A program made the translations under genes and the position numbers. Shown here one piece after another: positions 49,981-63,718 of a stretch of DNA of 64,000 nt. The stretch's first letter is position 1. Each line of letters opens with the position of its first letter. The stretch covers positions 1,010,350 through 1,074,349 of the forward strand of contig MU006092.1 in assembly GCA_010093705.1 (NCBI GenBank). The letters run 5' to 3'. The notes under the pieces are model-generated. The model did no database searches. It saw only the letters and a list, made by a program, of their open reading frames with translations, and was not told where the DNA came from. Source of the stretch: Patellaria atrata CBS 101060 (lineage: Eukaryota).

Positions 49981-52879
49981 CATTCTTCTTCGACTTTCGG
50001 ATGTGCAATCCTCAGAATTGGATTTCGCACCGACGCCTTCTATTGTATTTGTCCCGTGTAGCTGCCTCGATGATTCCCTTTCCCTAAGAATGTTGTGGTA
50101 AGTAGAGATGTATGGGATTTGCAACTCCCCTTAGAAGTTCTTGCTATACGAGTGCGTCCACGTTTTGAATATAATAGTTAGCACAATTTTTCCTATACAT
50201 GCGTTTAACTATCATGTGGATCAATACCGAAGACTTACCCATCGTGCGCGAAATAGACTCGATAAAATTGAAACCATGCGGCAGACCGGATCAATGAGGG
50301 CATATGAGACTCTAAATTACCTTAACTTACGGCAGACCAATTTCTCTTCTCACAAAGCCATAAATACACATAATATTACTAGAAGAAGGCTGTTGGATCA
50401 TGGCGACTCCGAAATTAGTTTACTGAGCTTATAGATGGCATAAGGCTCTTGGAGATTACGTCTTCAAGCGCAGGAACTACATCCATCTCACTATACGTTT
50501 ATCACTAATCAATCTTATCCTTATACGTACCACTCACTATAGGTATATACAATAGTTTCTATACCTAATCTCACAAAACATTTCGAATCTTCCTTCGCCT
50601 CTGTGATCTCCGCAAGCATAGAATCTAATTGACTGCATCATTGAATCTCATTTCTTCACTTAGAATAACGCAATCTCTTTGAATTCAAGTCATGTTATTT
50701 TGTTTTTCGCACGGAAAGGGTTCATCCGGGGATTCAGGTTTCCATTTTAGGACACGCCAGGGCAGATGTATCATATCGAGAACCGCAGTTCCTGAAAGTG
50801 TTAAAGCACCTTTTGCATTGCGCAAACAAGTCTGCATAAGTGTTCCATATCATATTGCTTGATACATTAGAAACTAATCACCCCAGGTTTCTCCCTGAAT
50901 AATGGAGAGCATGTCATACGGTAGTGAGACGGTTTCTCTCGAGGTCAGGGTTCTAAACATGTCGCAAAAGCTGGGTTATGCCAGCCCTATGGTGGGCTGA
51001 TGTTCTCTGGGGCTTATTTCCAGCGCAGAACAGATGATGATATCATCAAACGGTGGGTTTTGCGGTGAAGCTTAAGACGTTACATATGGCATTAGGTTCA
51101 AGGGGTAGTTAAGGTTGAGTATAGTGACTAAGCAACGTCGAGCACGAACCACGACCGTACGAGAGATGTCGGGAAGATGTTGACGGCACTTCCAAGGATG
51201 ATATGCACTTAACCTAGAAAAGAGTAGTGACGAAACCGAAAGTGCGCATGGCAGCAGCAAGCCCGCACGACAACAGGCACAATAAGGTAAAAGCTGTCAC
51301 AAAAGGAGCCTATTAGGACTTCAATAATTCATCGCCAATCGACTTTTCCGTCGGTCGAGTTTATTGCTATGACCTTCTAGGGAAGATGGCGGGAACGGCG
51401 CGGGTTCTCCCTCCTCCGCTTTTAACCTTCCCCAGCAGTCACTCTCCCCCAGCCTCCAAAGTTTGCTTTTTACTCGAGTTAACGAGTTTCCAGGTTACAA
51501 TTTACAATTTATCATTGTTACGTTCACCATAGGTTCCAATCTCTAAGAGGCGGGGTAGCATATCCAGCCGGAGGGAGTACAATTCTGGTTCACTAAGGTA
51601 ATACTGTAGTTCTACCTTCCCGGTCTACACAGCCTGTACACGACTTTATACAAAGCATGGGTTGCATTTCTTGTATATTGCGGCAGTCCCCTTGATGGCT
51701 TGGGCGACCCCACGAGAAAGAATGACGGGTACGATGCCCGTATGGGAGGTTTATGTACCAATGGAAGCGAGAAACGGGGCGAGACTAGATCAATAAGCTT
51801 CGAAGCGGGATCGGATTTTTATGTATTGCTTGCATGAGCTTAGGTTGAGGAGTTATGAGGAAACAACAGCATCTTCAACTCTTTACCACTTAACTACCTT
51901 ACCTACTCCTCGGCCTAAGGTACCTAGAACTTGCCGTCGCCCAGCTCACAATCCAGTTACAGCGCGTGACAGGTTAGTATCTCGACCTTGTCTAACCTTG
52001 CTGCATTTCCCCACCTATTAGGCCTGGTTATGGCGTTATATTCCCCCCGACATAAGCTCCCGTCTGCTTCTATCTGTTGCTGCCACCCGACTGCCACACA
52101 CTTACACTTACACCCACACCCACACACACACCCATCCACCCACACGAAAGAGGCTGGAAGGGACACGGTTCGACAAGCTTCTCGGGGATGTATGAGAAAG
52201 AGAAAGCAGACATTTGACACTTTATGAAAGAGGAGGCTAGGAGGGATTGTCCATCGTTGCTAGGCATTCTTTTCTGGGGACCAGTTAAGGTAAGTGGACC
52301 TGGAAGTAGTACCTGAAGGTGAGTGAATGATTCGAAGTGGCGCTAATTCCCAGCTACCCCGCTTCTTTAGAAAACCTTACCTTACTTACTTTACTGGTAG
52401 TCCAGGTACTTGTACAATACTTGTACAAGATCCATCATATCCTTCATACCAAGTTTACACCACGACTTAGGTACTGATACTCATCTTCGACGATCATTCT
52501 TGCGTCTTCCAAGGCGTAGACAAGCTTGCAAACTGTGTACTGGTCCTCCCCCCCCCCCCCGGGCTTGCTCTACTATGGATCTTTCCAGCCTCCCACCTTT
52601 TTTGATGTAAGAGCCCGTTCTCGTTACCCTTGCAGACTTGTGATCTCCATATGCACCAGTTCGTCCATCTACCTACTTCAATATCATGACCATGAACCCA
52701 AGTTGAAACCTTTGATCATTTCGACCATCTGGTCCTCTCGAATAGAAGGAACGCGCAGAAAGTGAATTTCAGTGCTGTCCAAAAGGCATGAGAGCTATTT
52801 GACATTCACCTCTCAGTCATACCGCCCAGCGCGTGCCCAAGGACGCCAGAGTTACGACCCCTCAGTACCAGGCGATACA

Positions 52880-54148
52880 ATGTCGTAAGGTGTCCAGATC
52901 CCTATACTTTTGTCACCAGTACCTCTGCACTTATTTTAGTGAATATTCTTCCCAAGTTTTTGATTTTGAGCCTCCTGCACTCATGTGATGCTGACGTAGT
53001 AACTTACCGGTATAGAACCTCACCAACTACGAAGCGCAACCTTAAACCGATGCCGATGACAGCATCCCCTTCTCAACTCAATATTTCTGCTGCGGATCCT
53101 ACCACTCTTCATGGTATGAATCACCAAATGGATCCGTTCGGCTCCTATCATCCGGCACAAGCACCTCCGCCCATACCAGCAGCAAGCCAGGCATCGACGA
53201 ACCCGAGGAAACGGCGAGCTTCCGAACAGCATCTGATGCAGAACCCGACCATGGCCGGGTCTGCATCAGCCGCAACCGGTTATGCTGATCCGGGAGGCCT
53301 TGTCTCAGGAGGCGCGCCTGCGGATATCGAAACACCGACGCAACCGGTAGCGAAAAAGGGTCGCACAAACACGCCGTGGACACCTGCTGAGGAGCAAAGA
53401 TTGAAGCAGATGAGAGATGCTGGAAACAGCTGGAGTGAAATAGCAAAAGTAAGAAACTTTAGAAGATTATCTGGTCCCATGATTGTATGCTCGGAATCGC
53501 CTGTCGTTGCTCCAACCTCTCAAGGGTGACGACTGCTAGGGCTGAAACCTACCTACCCATCAGACCCGATTCGATCAGACCGGTTTGATCCTTCCGTCGT
53601 TTCCTTCAACCGAAGTTGATCGACATGTGTCGACCGACTCAAAATGGTCGACGTCAAATGAAACAAAGCAAATCCCTAGAGAAAGAGAGTGGATGCGCTG
53701 ACTGTATTTTGTGAAACTAGACATTTCCAACAAGAACGGAAGGGAGTGTTAAGAAACATTGGTATAAGGTACTTCGTTCCTAAAGCTACCCGAATGAAAT
53801 GAACAAATACTCACAGCGGATATTATTAGGATATGCATTATGCTGAGTTTGCCGAAGATGAGGTTTGTTTGATGCCCAATTCTGGTCCCCGGATACGAAT
53901 AATGCCCATATCTGACTTGAGGACCAGAGCGCTGCACTCCTCGCAGCCATCAAAGAGTATGAAGCGAGCAAGTGGAAAGTTATAGGCGCCAAAGTTGGCA
54001 AACCCGCAAAGGTACTTAGAACATTCCGTTACCAACCGACATGTCGTATATTTCCCGTGATCCTTACCATTGCGCAATTGCTAACTTGACGTGTTTGCCA
54101 CAGGCATGCGAACAGTACGCGAAGGAGCATTTCGGCGGGAAAATTTGA
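52880..54148 (+). CDS. Myb/SANT-repeat protein A, 5 introns; start may lie further upstream
   Basis: PWTPAEEQRLKQMRDAGNSWSEIAK|TFPTRTEGSVKKHWYK|DMHYAEFAEDE|SAALLAAIKEYEASKWKVIGAKVGKPAK|ACEQYAKEHF after splicing. Confidence 0.85.
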
Positions 54149-57100
54149 TCTTTATCATCACGGTCTGCATCTTCCCGGTTTAGCGATCTTGTTCAATGAT
54201 ACCAGCTCTCTTTCACGATGGAGCATTGCATGTGCACGTCTTGTCCGCAGCTGTCCAATGTTCTGGATGGATAACGAGTCTACTTTCTATTTGGCAAGGT
54301 CAACCGGCATGGCTCAAGGGTTCAGGTGGGCGCATGATGGTCAGTTACTCAACCACTTCGGCGACTCATCTTCTTTCTTATCTCTTGCCTTTCATTCGTC
54401 TGTTTACCAAGCAATGATTCTTCGGATAGCTGGACAGGGTAAAATGGTGTCATTTTGGTCTTTGAAAGGTCTGGAGGCGAAAACATTGGATCAATTTCCA
54501 AGCTCGCTACGAAGGAGACCTTGGAGCGTGGGCAATAATTGAGATGTAATAATCGGGTCAGGAGGGGAGGCTTCCGTATCCCCAATCCTGTCCCTTCTTC
54601 TACTTTTCTTGTGTCTTCTGCTTACCGTCGTTGATGACTGAATACCTTCGTCGAAGTCGATGGCCGTTCATTTACTCTTTTTGCCCCACAGTCACTCCCG
54701 TCCTACAGTACGCATCGCTCCCGCAGGTGGCACATATGCGGGCTGCCTGGCGAGATCGCCTCATCTGCACTGATCACCCAACATCCGCGCGCTCAGATTC
54801 AAACTCTGTGGGCTCGTGCTACGGTCCATCTGGTCCCTGAGTCCTCGGATGGTAGACCGAACCAGCATGTTGGGCGACGACCAGGTGCAGGAAACGATTT
54901 GAAGATCATTGTTTCGGCCAACCCGTTTCGCAAAGGAGAATGCCGTCGAGAAGGTCCATCACTCCATCCTTCAAGGTTGGCAGCGTTGTATCTGGGGCTG
55001 GAGCGGCAAAGTGCGGAAGCCCGTTGGAGGGGCGATACGTATATGCCCTGGTGACGATAGATGGGGCCCTCCACTGATCCAACGTGCTCCCAGGTGAGAG
55101 CTTGTCGGTACCTTGTTGTTCCTATGCTGTTGGGGGGCTTAATAGGCTAAATTAAGGCCGTAAAGGGCCCAACTTGAGCGCTGTGACCTACTGGCCTTTC
55201 ATATCGAAAACCGTATCAGGTAAAATTTCAGATGAGGAAAAGGATAATACTGACCAGTCAACGGTGCGCAAAGGTCGCGAAAAGAAAAAGTGGCTAGGAC
55301 AGATGACTGGGTTCATTCGGATTATTTTTTAATTGTTGTCTCGCTTTTACTCGAGAATCTGCCTCTTTTCCCTGTTCTTGATGCTGGTAATAATCATGCT
55401 CGCCGGTCATCAAAGAATTATAGAATATGTCAGCCATGATCATGGGTAGCCGATGCGGTAGCGTTTGGACTGGATGCAAAAACAAATGGAATTGATACAA
55501 ACACCAGCCTCCACAACCTCCACACCAATTATTATTGACAGCAAAAAATCGACAAACAAACCTGCCACGCCTGCCTAGCTCACGCAAAAGCTCTGCGGGC
55601 TTGTCTTGGCCCAACGGACGACCAGCGCCATGGTGTTCTCCTCAAAACGCCTGGCACAACGGTTCGTTCGGCGCGCCTGGAGAAGCGGTTCGCCGAAGAG
55701 ATCAGAAGATGGGAAATTTGGTGCATTCATGCCATGAGCCATGAGGGAACCGCTCATTTTTTTTTTTGGCGCGTACATTGACGATAATGTAACACACTTG
55801 ATGGATGTTGAGGAAAGCACAAGATCCGGTCCGATGCTTTCCAATCGTCATTTCCTTGTGCGCTGTGTACTCGTACAGTACGACAGGAGAGTACCAGCTG
55901 AGGCGCTGAGGCTCCTATTCTTCCTTCTTCCTGCTGGTACCAGTCCTCATGCACAACATAAGATTAAGGCCTTAAGATGAACAGCGCTTGATGAAGTGAT
56001 ATCAGAGAGAGATGAGAGAAAGGTAGCATATCAATTTCCCATGAGACGTCCAGAAGTACAGTAAAAATAAACCGTGCGCGCCGGTTGTTGGTTACGCCGA
56101 TACAGTAAGATACTCGTGAGTACATACTGGTACTGTACGTACATTTGGATGCGTAACTGCTGGTTATGGCCCTGCCCTGATGGGAAGGAAAGCCCTGATG
56201 GGAAGAGGAAGGCATGCACAGCGGCCACTGCGGCTAGCTACGATCGGTACTAGAGTCGACTAGAATTTAGACGACACCTCAAGACCCAAAAACGCATTTC
56301 CAACCTAGCCAAACCTCAACCGATCCCCCAACTTCATTATTCATTATTATTATCCTCCAAGACCAGATCGTTTCTTGTCTATCACCCAACCGGACCGTTT
56401 AGTTTTCAATTAGCAATTAATTCGGAGCTATAAGTGAAGCCATTCAGATCTATCAAGGAGCTGGTTACTGTAGCTGATGCTCGATTATTGCGACCTCGTG
56501 GAGGGCACGCTGCGATCTTCAGCAAGCTTTCGTTTCCGGGCACCCGCTAGGAAGTGTAAGCGCATATAGGCAAGGCCCTTTGTTATACCTCCTACCTCCT
56601 GAAACGGCATCCGCATGAGGTAGAACTCTTGACGCCAGCCAGCATGATTTGCGTCAGAGAGGGAATACAGATGTTCAAGATCAACATAACGGCTAAGTGC
56701 ATATTCCTAGTATTATTAGTGGTTCCTTGTTATTCCTCTTGTCTGCAATACCAAAGTTTGCCAGCTGTTTGTTCCCCAACGGCTACAGTACCATACTTGT
56801 TCTACACAGGAGATATGACATGCTGCTTCTTCCCCGGTAGTAGACTGTGCACAACCCCCCCAATCCCCCATCATTCCCATCCCCCATAGTCCCCGCTACA
56901 GGGAGCGGAGCGGCTTCTGCTCCTCGCTGTGTCTTCCCTGAGTTTCCCTGTGCTCGCTCGCCAGTCCAGCCTGTCGTTTTCATGGTGATGTGCACGCGCG
57001 GAAGTCGAACATCGTTCCCCCCTCCATACCGGGTTGCCCTCCAAAATGCTCACGCAGGCTTGCTAATCTTAGCCACAGCGTAATCTGTATCTGGCATAAA

Positions 57101-57973
57101 GGGACTTACCTTCATGTGCCGGAAACATCAATTGCCACAACATCGAATGGCAAAGCATTCATTCATTCAAGCATCAAGCATGCAAACTCCTGCAACGGCT
57201 TGGTAGATCTTCTGCGGACCTTCTAGAAATAAGGCTACCGCTGGGCGCAGAGGTCAGATCCCATATGGTTCCAGCGCTTTTCTTCAGGAAAGGCCTTCAA
57301 TTTGCCCCGGTAGCCACTCAAAAGTCGAGGCCTGGCGCATTGCAACATGCTAGATAATTACGATGACTCTCAACGATCTAGTGCTGGGGGCTGGTGATCC
57401 CGGCAAATGATCACCGCATTATGCTTGCAGCAGAATGGCTATGAAGCTTGCCCATCTCAGGTAATTGACTACTGTTCAGGAACATTGACCGTCTCGTGGA
57501 AGAGCCATTGCTCTTGTGCTTGGACTTGTACCCGTGTGGCAATTGCACGGGACCGCTGGCTTTGATGTGGATAGAAAACCTCCGGTCTACTCAATGCTCT
57601 TGATCCTGCGCGACTTTGCAAAGTTATAATGCACAGCGCACCCGACCCGTAGTGAAAAGGTCTCGTTGCCTCAAGGGCTATATCATAAAATCCTAAGGCT
57701 TAACACGGAACCATAAGATTCCTACTGTTCATGGCGCGTCGCCCCAGTCTGCTTCAGCTGCAACATTTGTCAATATAGCAAAACACAAAACCCCAGACAC
57801 GTGCGATACACACTTCTCGAGTCGGTACCAAACCTCAAACGGGTTTACTTCTGGCTCAGGTCTCACCGCGGCGGCCTGCCAGAGCAACCTAGCTCTGGTA
57901 GTCCTCATGCATATTCGCAACGCTGGCGAGATCCCACCCACATCGAGAATCTTACCTCGACGACTACGGCGCC

Positions 57974-59183
57974 GTGCAAGAACATGCGGGAGAGGAGCAA
58001 AGTCAAACGTCAAACGTCGACAGTCAAAATTTATTTTCATACGGGATACCGGCCCCAAACCCCTTCGTGCATCCGTCACAGCATTACCCACCTGTTCTCC
58101 CGCATGGTCACCATGGTCTCCAAGTCAACACAAGTATGGAGGTCCACCCGGGCTTACAAGCACACCATCTATTCTCACATCACCATCCGCCGCCAATGCC
58201 CAGGCAACCGCAATCACCATCATCCTACGGCCCCGGTCCGGCCCATCATATCGAGTACACCCCACTACCCCCGCAGCAACCCAGTCGCAAGCGGCCACGG
58301 CACAGCGAGGAATCTCTACTCAACCTGGAGTCCCAAGGTCTAATAACAGATGTCCCCCAGGCCGGCGAAGGGGTTCATGGAGAACATACTCCCCACAGCG
58401 CTCACCCTCAGCCTCCGCAAAGTCAGTTTCAATACCAAACCGGCCCTCTACCCCCTCAACAGCAGCCACAACCGCCGCCACCTCCTCAACAGCAACCCCG
58501 CCAGTTCCACGATCATCATCTACCGCATCAGCCCTCCGCTCCCAAGATGGCGCGTCCCGAGTCTGGTCAAGAGCAGAGTCATGGTGGAGGCGCTCCCAGC
58601 GCGGTGGGGTTGCCAGGGATGCCTGCGCCTGCACCAAAACCACGAGGCCCAAAGTTGAAATTCACGCCGGAAGACGACCAGCTATTGGTGGACTTGAAGG
58701 AGAAGAAGAACCTTACCTGGAAGCAGATCGCCGAGTTCTTCCCAGGGAGGAGTTCTGGGACGTTACAAGTGAGGTATTGCACGAAGCTTAAGGCGAAGAC
58801 TACAAATTGGACAGACGAGATGGTACGTCATTGGTTCCTGAGCTCAGGAAACCCCAGAAAATTTCCCAATCCGTAGCTCCCCCAGCACGCCTGAGACGCA
58901 TCGCGTTTGGCGAGAAATTTCTCAAACGAGCATTAGTGAGTTCGGGTGGCTGACAGATGGAACCGGGTTCAAGCAGGTCGAGAAACTACGCCATGCCATG
59001 CACGACTACGAACAGGATAAATGGCGCATCATCGCGGCGAAAGTAGGAAGCGGATTTTCCCCCGTCGCCTGCAGGGACAAAGCATCAGAATTAGAAGCCG
59101 AAGCAGAGGTCGAGGCGGAGGGCTACACGACAGCAGACATCGCGGGATCCTCGACCGATCCATACGGAACGTCCCAACAATGA
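57974..59183 (+). CDS. Myb/SANT-repeat protein B; intron 58823-58976; start uncertain
   Basis: KFTPEDDQLLVDLKEKKNLTWKQIAEFFPGRSSGTLQVRYCTKLK...WTDEM|VEKLRHAMHDYEQDKWRIIAAKVG; P/Q/H-rich N-terminus. Confidence 0.85.
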
Positions 59184-62100
59184 TTACGATTCTGCTTGCA
59201 GCATCCGGGTTTGGTGTTTCGGTCGTGTGGGTTTGTGCTGGTCACACTTCGCCTTACTGCATTGGGTGGGAGTTGTTCTGCTTTTCCTGGAATAATAATG
59301 AGGAGGAATTTACACTTTAATATCCAATGAGCCCCTCTAGTTAATATCACACAGAACCAGATCATCCCTTTTTTACTCGAAGTCGTCGTCAATTTCCAGG
59401 TGGGAGAGTCACTTTTGGGGTTACCTCGCTCTCTGAAAACTTCGTTTCCTTCCTGGGGCTTCGGCATAAATCGTATGCCCATTCGGCTTTTCTCCTATTT
59501 CTCAATGGGTATTTTCTCATACGGAGCGCGTGTGGGCCAACAGCAGGTTTTGGAGATGGGAATCCTTCTTAGGTAGCGGGAACAGCATCAACAGCAGCGG
59601 ATTTAGCATATGGAATGGCGTTTGAAAAGAGTTTGTGGATGGTTACCTGGGTCTGGATCGTGGAGCCGAATTTCTCGAAGGGCCAAGCCGCACGCGAACG
59701 TTTTGGAACCGCATACGGTTTCAGGATACAACGGTTCTTTCGATCCGAAGCATATTCAGACAATCGACACTCAATGGGAAGATCCGGGGGACACGAATAA
59801 TTGTCGCGAGTTGCGGGACATGGAGGAACATGCATTTGGGACGAAGCTGACTGAAAGCGCATGGTGTTTTTGGTGGTTGAATGTTTTTTGTCCTTTGAAC
59901 GTTTTCGCATACGTCCTGCATTCTTTTTGCTTGAACATCAGCGGTTGCAGGATTACAAATTGGCATTGGAATGGAAGAGATACCCCATGGCTAGAATGTT
60001 GCGAAGGGTTTGCGAGTCGACTTTATGCGTTGCGAAATAGTGGTGGATGATTTTCCTTTGTTACATCTTTCGTCTCCTCCTATGACCTTTCTTCGTCAAC
60101 ACCCTTTTTCATTTTTACTATTCTATGCGTCAGCATGCGTACAACATTTTACGCTATTATCTTCATGATTTACAAACTTCTTTTCTATATCCGACCCTTT
60201 TTTTCATGCCCGTTCTACCCAATTATTATTTTTAGTACTTTGCGTTTACTACTTCTTCGTTCATCGTCCGTATTCCACCCCCTTGTCGAGTATCACTATT
60301 TTGTATTGTAACACCAAACCAGAACAGAAAACGAATCAAATTACTTTGAGAACAAACTGGAGAAATGGTTTAAACTAACAAGAAGGATAGCACGACCTCA
60401 ACGACATCTAAATACTGCAGCACGGTTCAACAAGAATCTCGTCAAGGTCAAAAGCATTTTTAAAGACTGGTGCAGCCTTAACGATGGTACAAAGTTTATT
60501 TCTCAAAGTAGCTGCGGTGCGATATTGCGAGTTTGAGCACCGAACTGCGTGCACAACTACCCCCTCACCAACTCCCTATCAGGCTATCAGCTTTATAACC
60601 CCCCGCAGAACAACAATCCTAGCTACTTGCAATATCCTTTTCACCACCTCCTACTTTATAAATTCTTGAAGGCTTGAAGCCGTTCCTTTCTTCCATCATG
60701 ATCACGAGGTGCACGATAGAAAGATAATCAAATGGATGTAGGTGTGGGCACACCGCACATTCAGTTTTCCATCTCAGAGTACAGCACCATACACAGAGGA
60801 CCATGTCTCACGCATGCGGCGCCAGGCCAACTTATTTTAATATCGTCAGGGCAACATCCGAAATTGGTTGATTTTATCTTCCTTTCTCTCCCCTCCCTCC
60901 TTCACGACTCCATGGCGCAGCACGGTAATTGAACCAACTCCCGGCTCCTCGTTCTCAGGATGGAGATGCTTGGAGGTTCCACACCACCTCAATTGATGAT
61001 GGAAATGAAGCTACGGGCACCACGTGCTCGACGCACGCGGATTAGATGAAAGAGTAATTAAAGATGGGTCATGCCTTCGCTGTGGGATGAGGGGATCACG
61101 AAGGTAGTGCGTCAAACCTCAGTTTCATCGGGAAGTTGGAACGGAAAAGATGTCGAAGACGCGACCTCTCATCGCGATGTGGAAATGTGGAGTGAGAGAG
61201 AGGCCTGATGGTGATGGATGGATACAGCACGGCAAATGATACCTTTCCCTCTATCCCTTTCTGGTACTTCGCCGACCAAGAAAAAAAAAACCGTTTGGCC
61301 GTTTTGTCTTGCTGCAACGAGAAGCCCGGCTTGTCTCTGCCTTGCCGTCTTGTTCGAAAACGGAAACGGTTCCTGGCCCCCAAACCACCAAAAACGAGGG
61401 ACGTTGAAATTAGAGAGAGGATTCGGCTTCTGTGCGCGGATGTTTCGGTGCTCCAGTGCTTCGACGTCAAACTGATTCCTTATCCTCTTACTCCCTACAA
61501 GGTTATGACACAAAACCGTGGGATCAAGTATTTGTCTATCCTTACAGTACAAGTATCACCATCAGTCCCATCCTCTCTATGTGATAATCCTCCTTCGACA
61601 AGAGGAATCCAGCAACGCAAAGAAAAGTGAGCCCCAGCCATAGGCACAGGGCGCGCACGCACCAGTTCCCGCCTGATGCGATCCCTCCGAACGGCATCCA
61701 TCACACCCTTATCCAGGCCGTCGGCATCGGTCGGTAATGAGGTACTCCTAGTGGCTGAGAAAAGTACTGTGAAAGCCGAAGCTAAACCCACAGCAGGAAC
61801 ATGCAGTAACAATCCTTTTTCGGGTCTTAAAGATGCGCAAGTCAGTATGTAGTCGAAGTGTGGCTTTCGTTCGAGATTTGCTCCTTATGCGCCTCAGGGG
61901 GGGTCAAAGCAAGTACTGTACAGTAAGCAAGTAATTTCCTATTATAACTCTACTGCTATGCTGTAGGGGAGGGCAGCATGTCAAAATCATCCACCTCGAA
62001 TCCGTTTCGCTCGATGGAGAGAACGAGGAAGGGGGGTTGCAGCGTCGAGTTTGTCTTCCCTCCACCAAACTCCCCCTACAAAAAGCACAAACCAAGCAAG

Positions 62101-63718
62101 TACAAGTGAGCAGGTACAGGTATGTCTCGGCCTCCAAACCGCATCGGGTAATCTGTCAAGTTTCGGCTCTTCCCACAACGGCCCTGCGGATGCCATGCAG
62201 CGGTGCAGGGAACGGCTAAGTTTGCTAGGGAAGGGGGGGGGGGGGCGGTTAGTTGCCCGCTGATCGAGAACGCCGCGGTGCAGGACGTCATTGTTGGCTA
62301 GATCCTCTCCCTTTTTACCTCTTTCTCCGAGTTTTGGTCGAGGTATGTAAATCATAAAGGTGAGTTATAGAGGGAATTGGACATTGAGTTTCACGTTCGG
62401 ATTAAAGATGGTTATATTGGGATGTACGCCGCGGATGACTCCATCTGGTATCCCGTTGCGGTACTGTACCTGCGACCCTTTTTTTTTTTTCCTTTTTTTT
62501 TCCTATTTTTTTTGACGCCCAGATCCTCGAATCTACTCGGAAATCCTCCATTTCGCTGTGTGATGGCGAAAAGAGATAATTATAGTTTAAGAAATAGAAT
62601 AATGCAGGGGAGTTCTACTTAACCTTTCGTTCCCTGGTTTGGACGGCGATCTTTAACTACTCTTTCTCTCAAAGGATAAATTCCACGTTGCTTTCTGATC
62701 TGCAATCCGGAGGAATGGACCGGAGAGGGAATTCCAAATTCTCCAATTCTAGTAGTGCTCGATGAGTTGTTAGGCTGCAGGTCAATTTTCTCACGCTGTC
62801 TTATTTCCATAAGGCCAGGACTGGAAAGTTGGAATATCTGTTCTGCTTGTCAGAGGTGAAAAAGCATCAATAGGGATACAAGGGTATATATACTTGTATC
62901 ATCAGTCCTAAACTAACACTAATATCAACAACTGTCTACAAATACACGATATATAATACAAACATCCACACATCACACTATTCTTAGCATTAAACCTGCA
63001 CACACACGCAAATCCCCCATCCATCGGGTCAAAGGGCTCAAGAGCATCCGACGATTCCCTCATAAGGTACGGATGTAACTACAGTAGCATGCTATAACAC
63101 TTTTCCGCTTTTCCATATAGCATGACGTTAAGAGAATCGTACCTTAATCCACCCTCCCCGAGATCCATACACCATATCACAACTCCCTCCTATATGACGA
63201 TCACCTAATTCGGTTCCCCTTGCCCTCGAAGATCTCGAAGAAAATTCTTGAGCTGGTTAGTGACGATCATAGAGCCAAAAGAGGTTAGCACGAGAATGGT
63301 GCAGCGATCACCACGTTGTGCGAAAACCTTGATATTTTTAGAAAAACTAAAGAATTCTAGATTGGTCCCTTTTTTTTTTGAGAGAGGTGGGGGGGTTCAG
63401 TATGGTACTTACGAGGTATATTTGTGTACGTACTGGTTTGGAGATGTACATATGTGTACCTTTTGTTTCTTCTGCAAGCTTCGATGCGGTTTTTGGTTAC
63501 CCTGCAAACGAAGATAAGACTGGTAGTTTGAATGGAATAGTATTAACACACGACCTAAAACTACATGTTTAAATTCCCTCTTCACCTAAGCGCTCCAGAC
63601 GCCTATCTTACATGCACTCTGCGTGTAGCAAATATACCTTACACTCCCCATCGCGAGCTCCCTTCCCCTTGCCACTTCCACTTCCCACCATTCCCCAATT
63701 TATCTCCCTTCTCTCACA

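Noticed and set aside
48440..52180. GGTTCGA T-loop-like words (~48450, ~52167)
   Set aside because: No cloverleaf or A box around them, so not tRNAs.
54200..57700. Many 60-120-aa ORFs between the Myb genes
   Set aside because: Overlapping on both strands, no domains; composition typical of UTR or regulatory DNA.
59300..63700. ORFs 59610-60050, 61208-61630 and others
   Set aside because: No recognisable domain and interrupted by homopolymer tracts; treated as non-coding.
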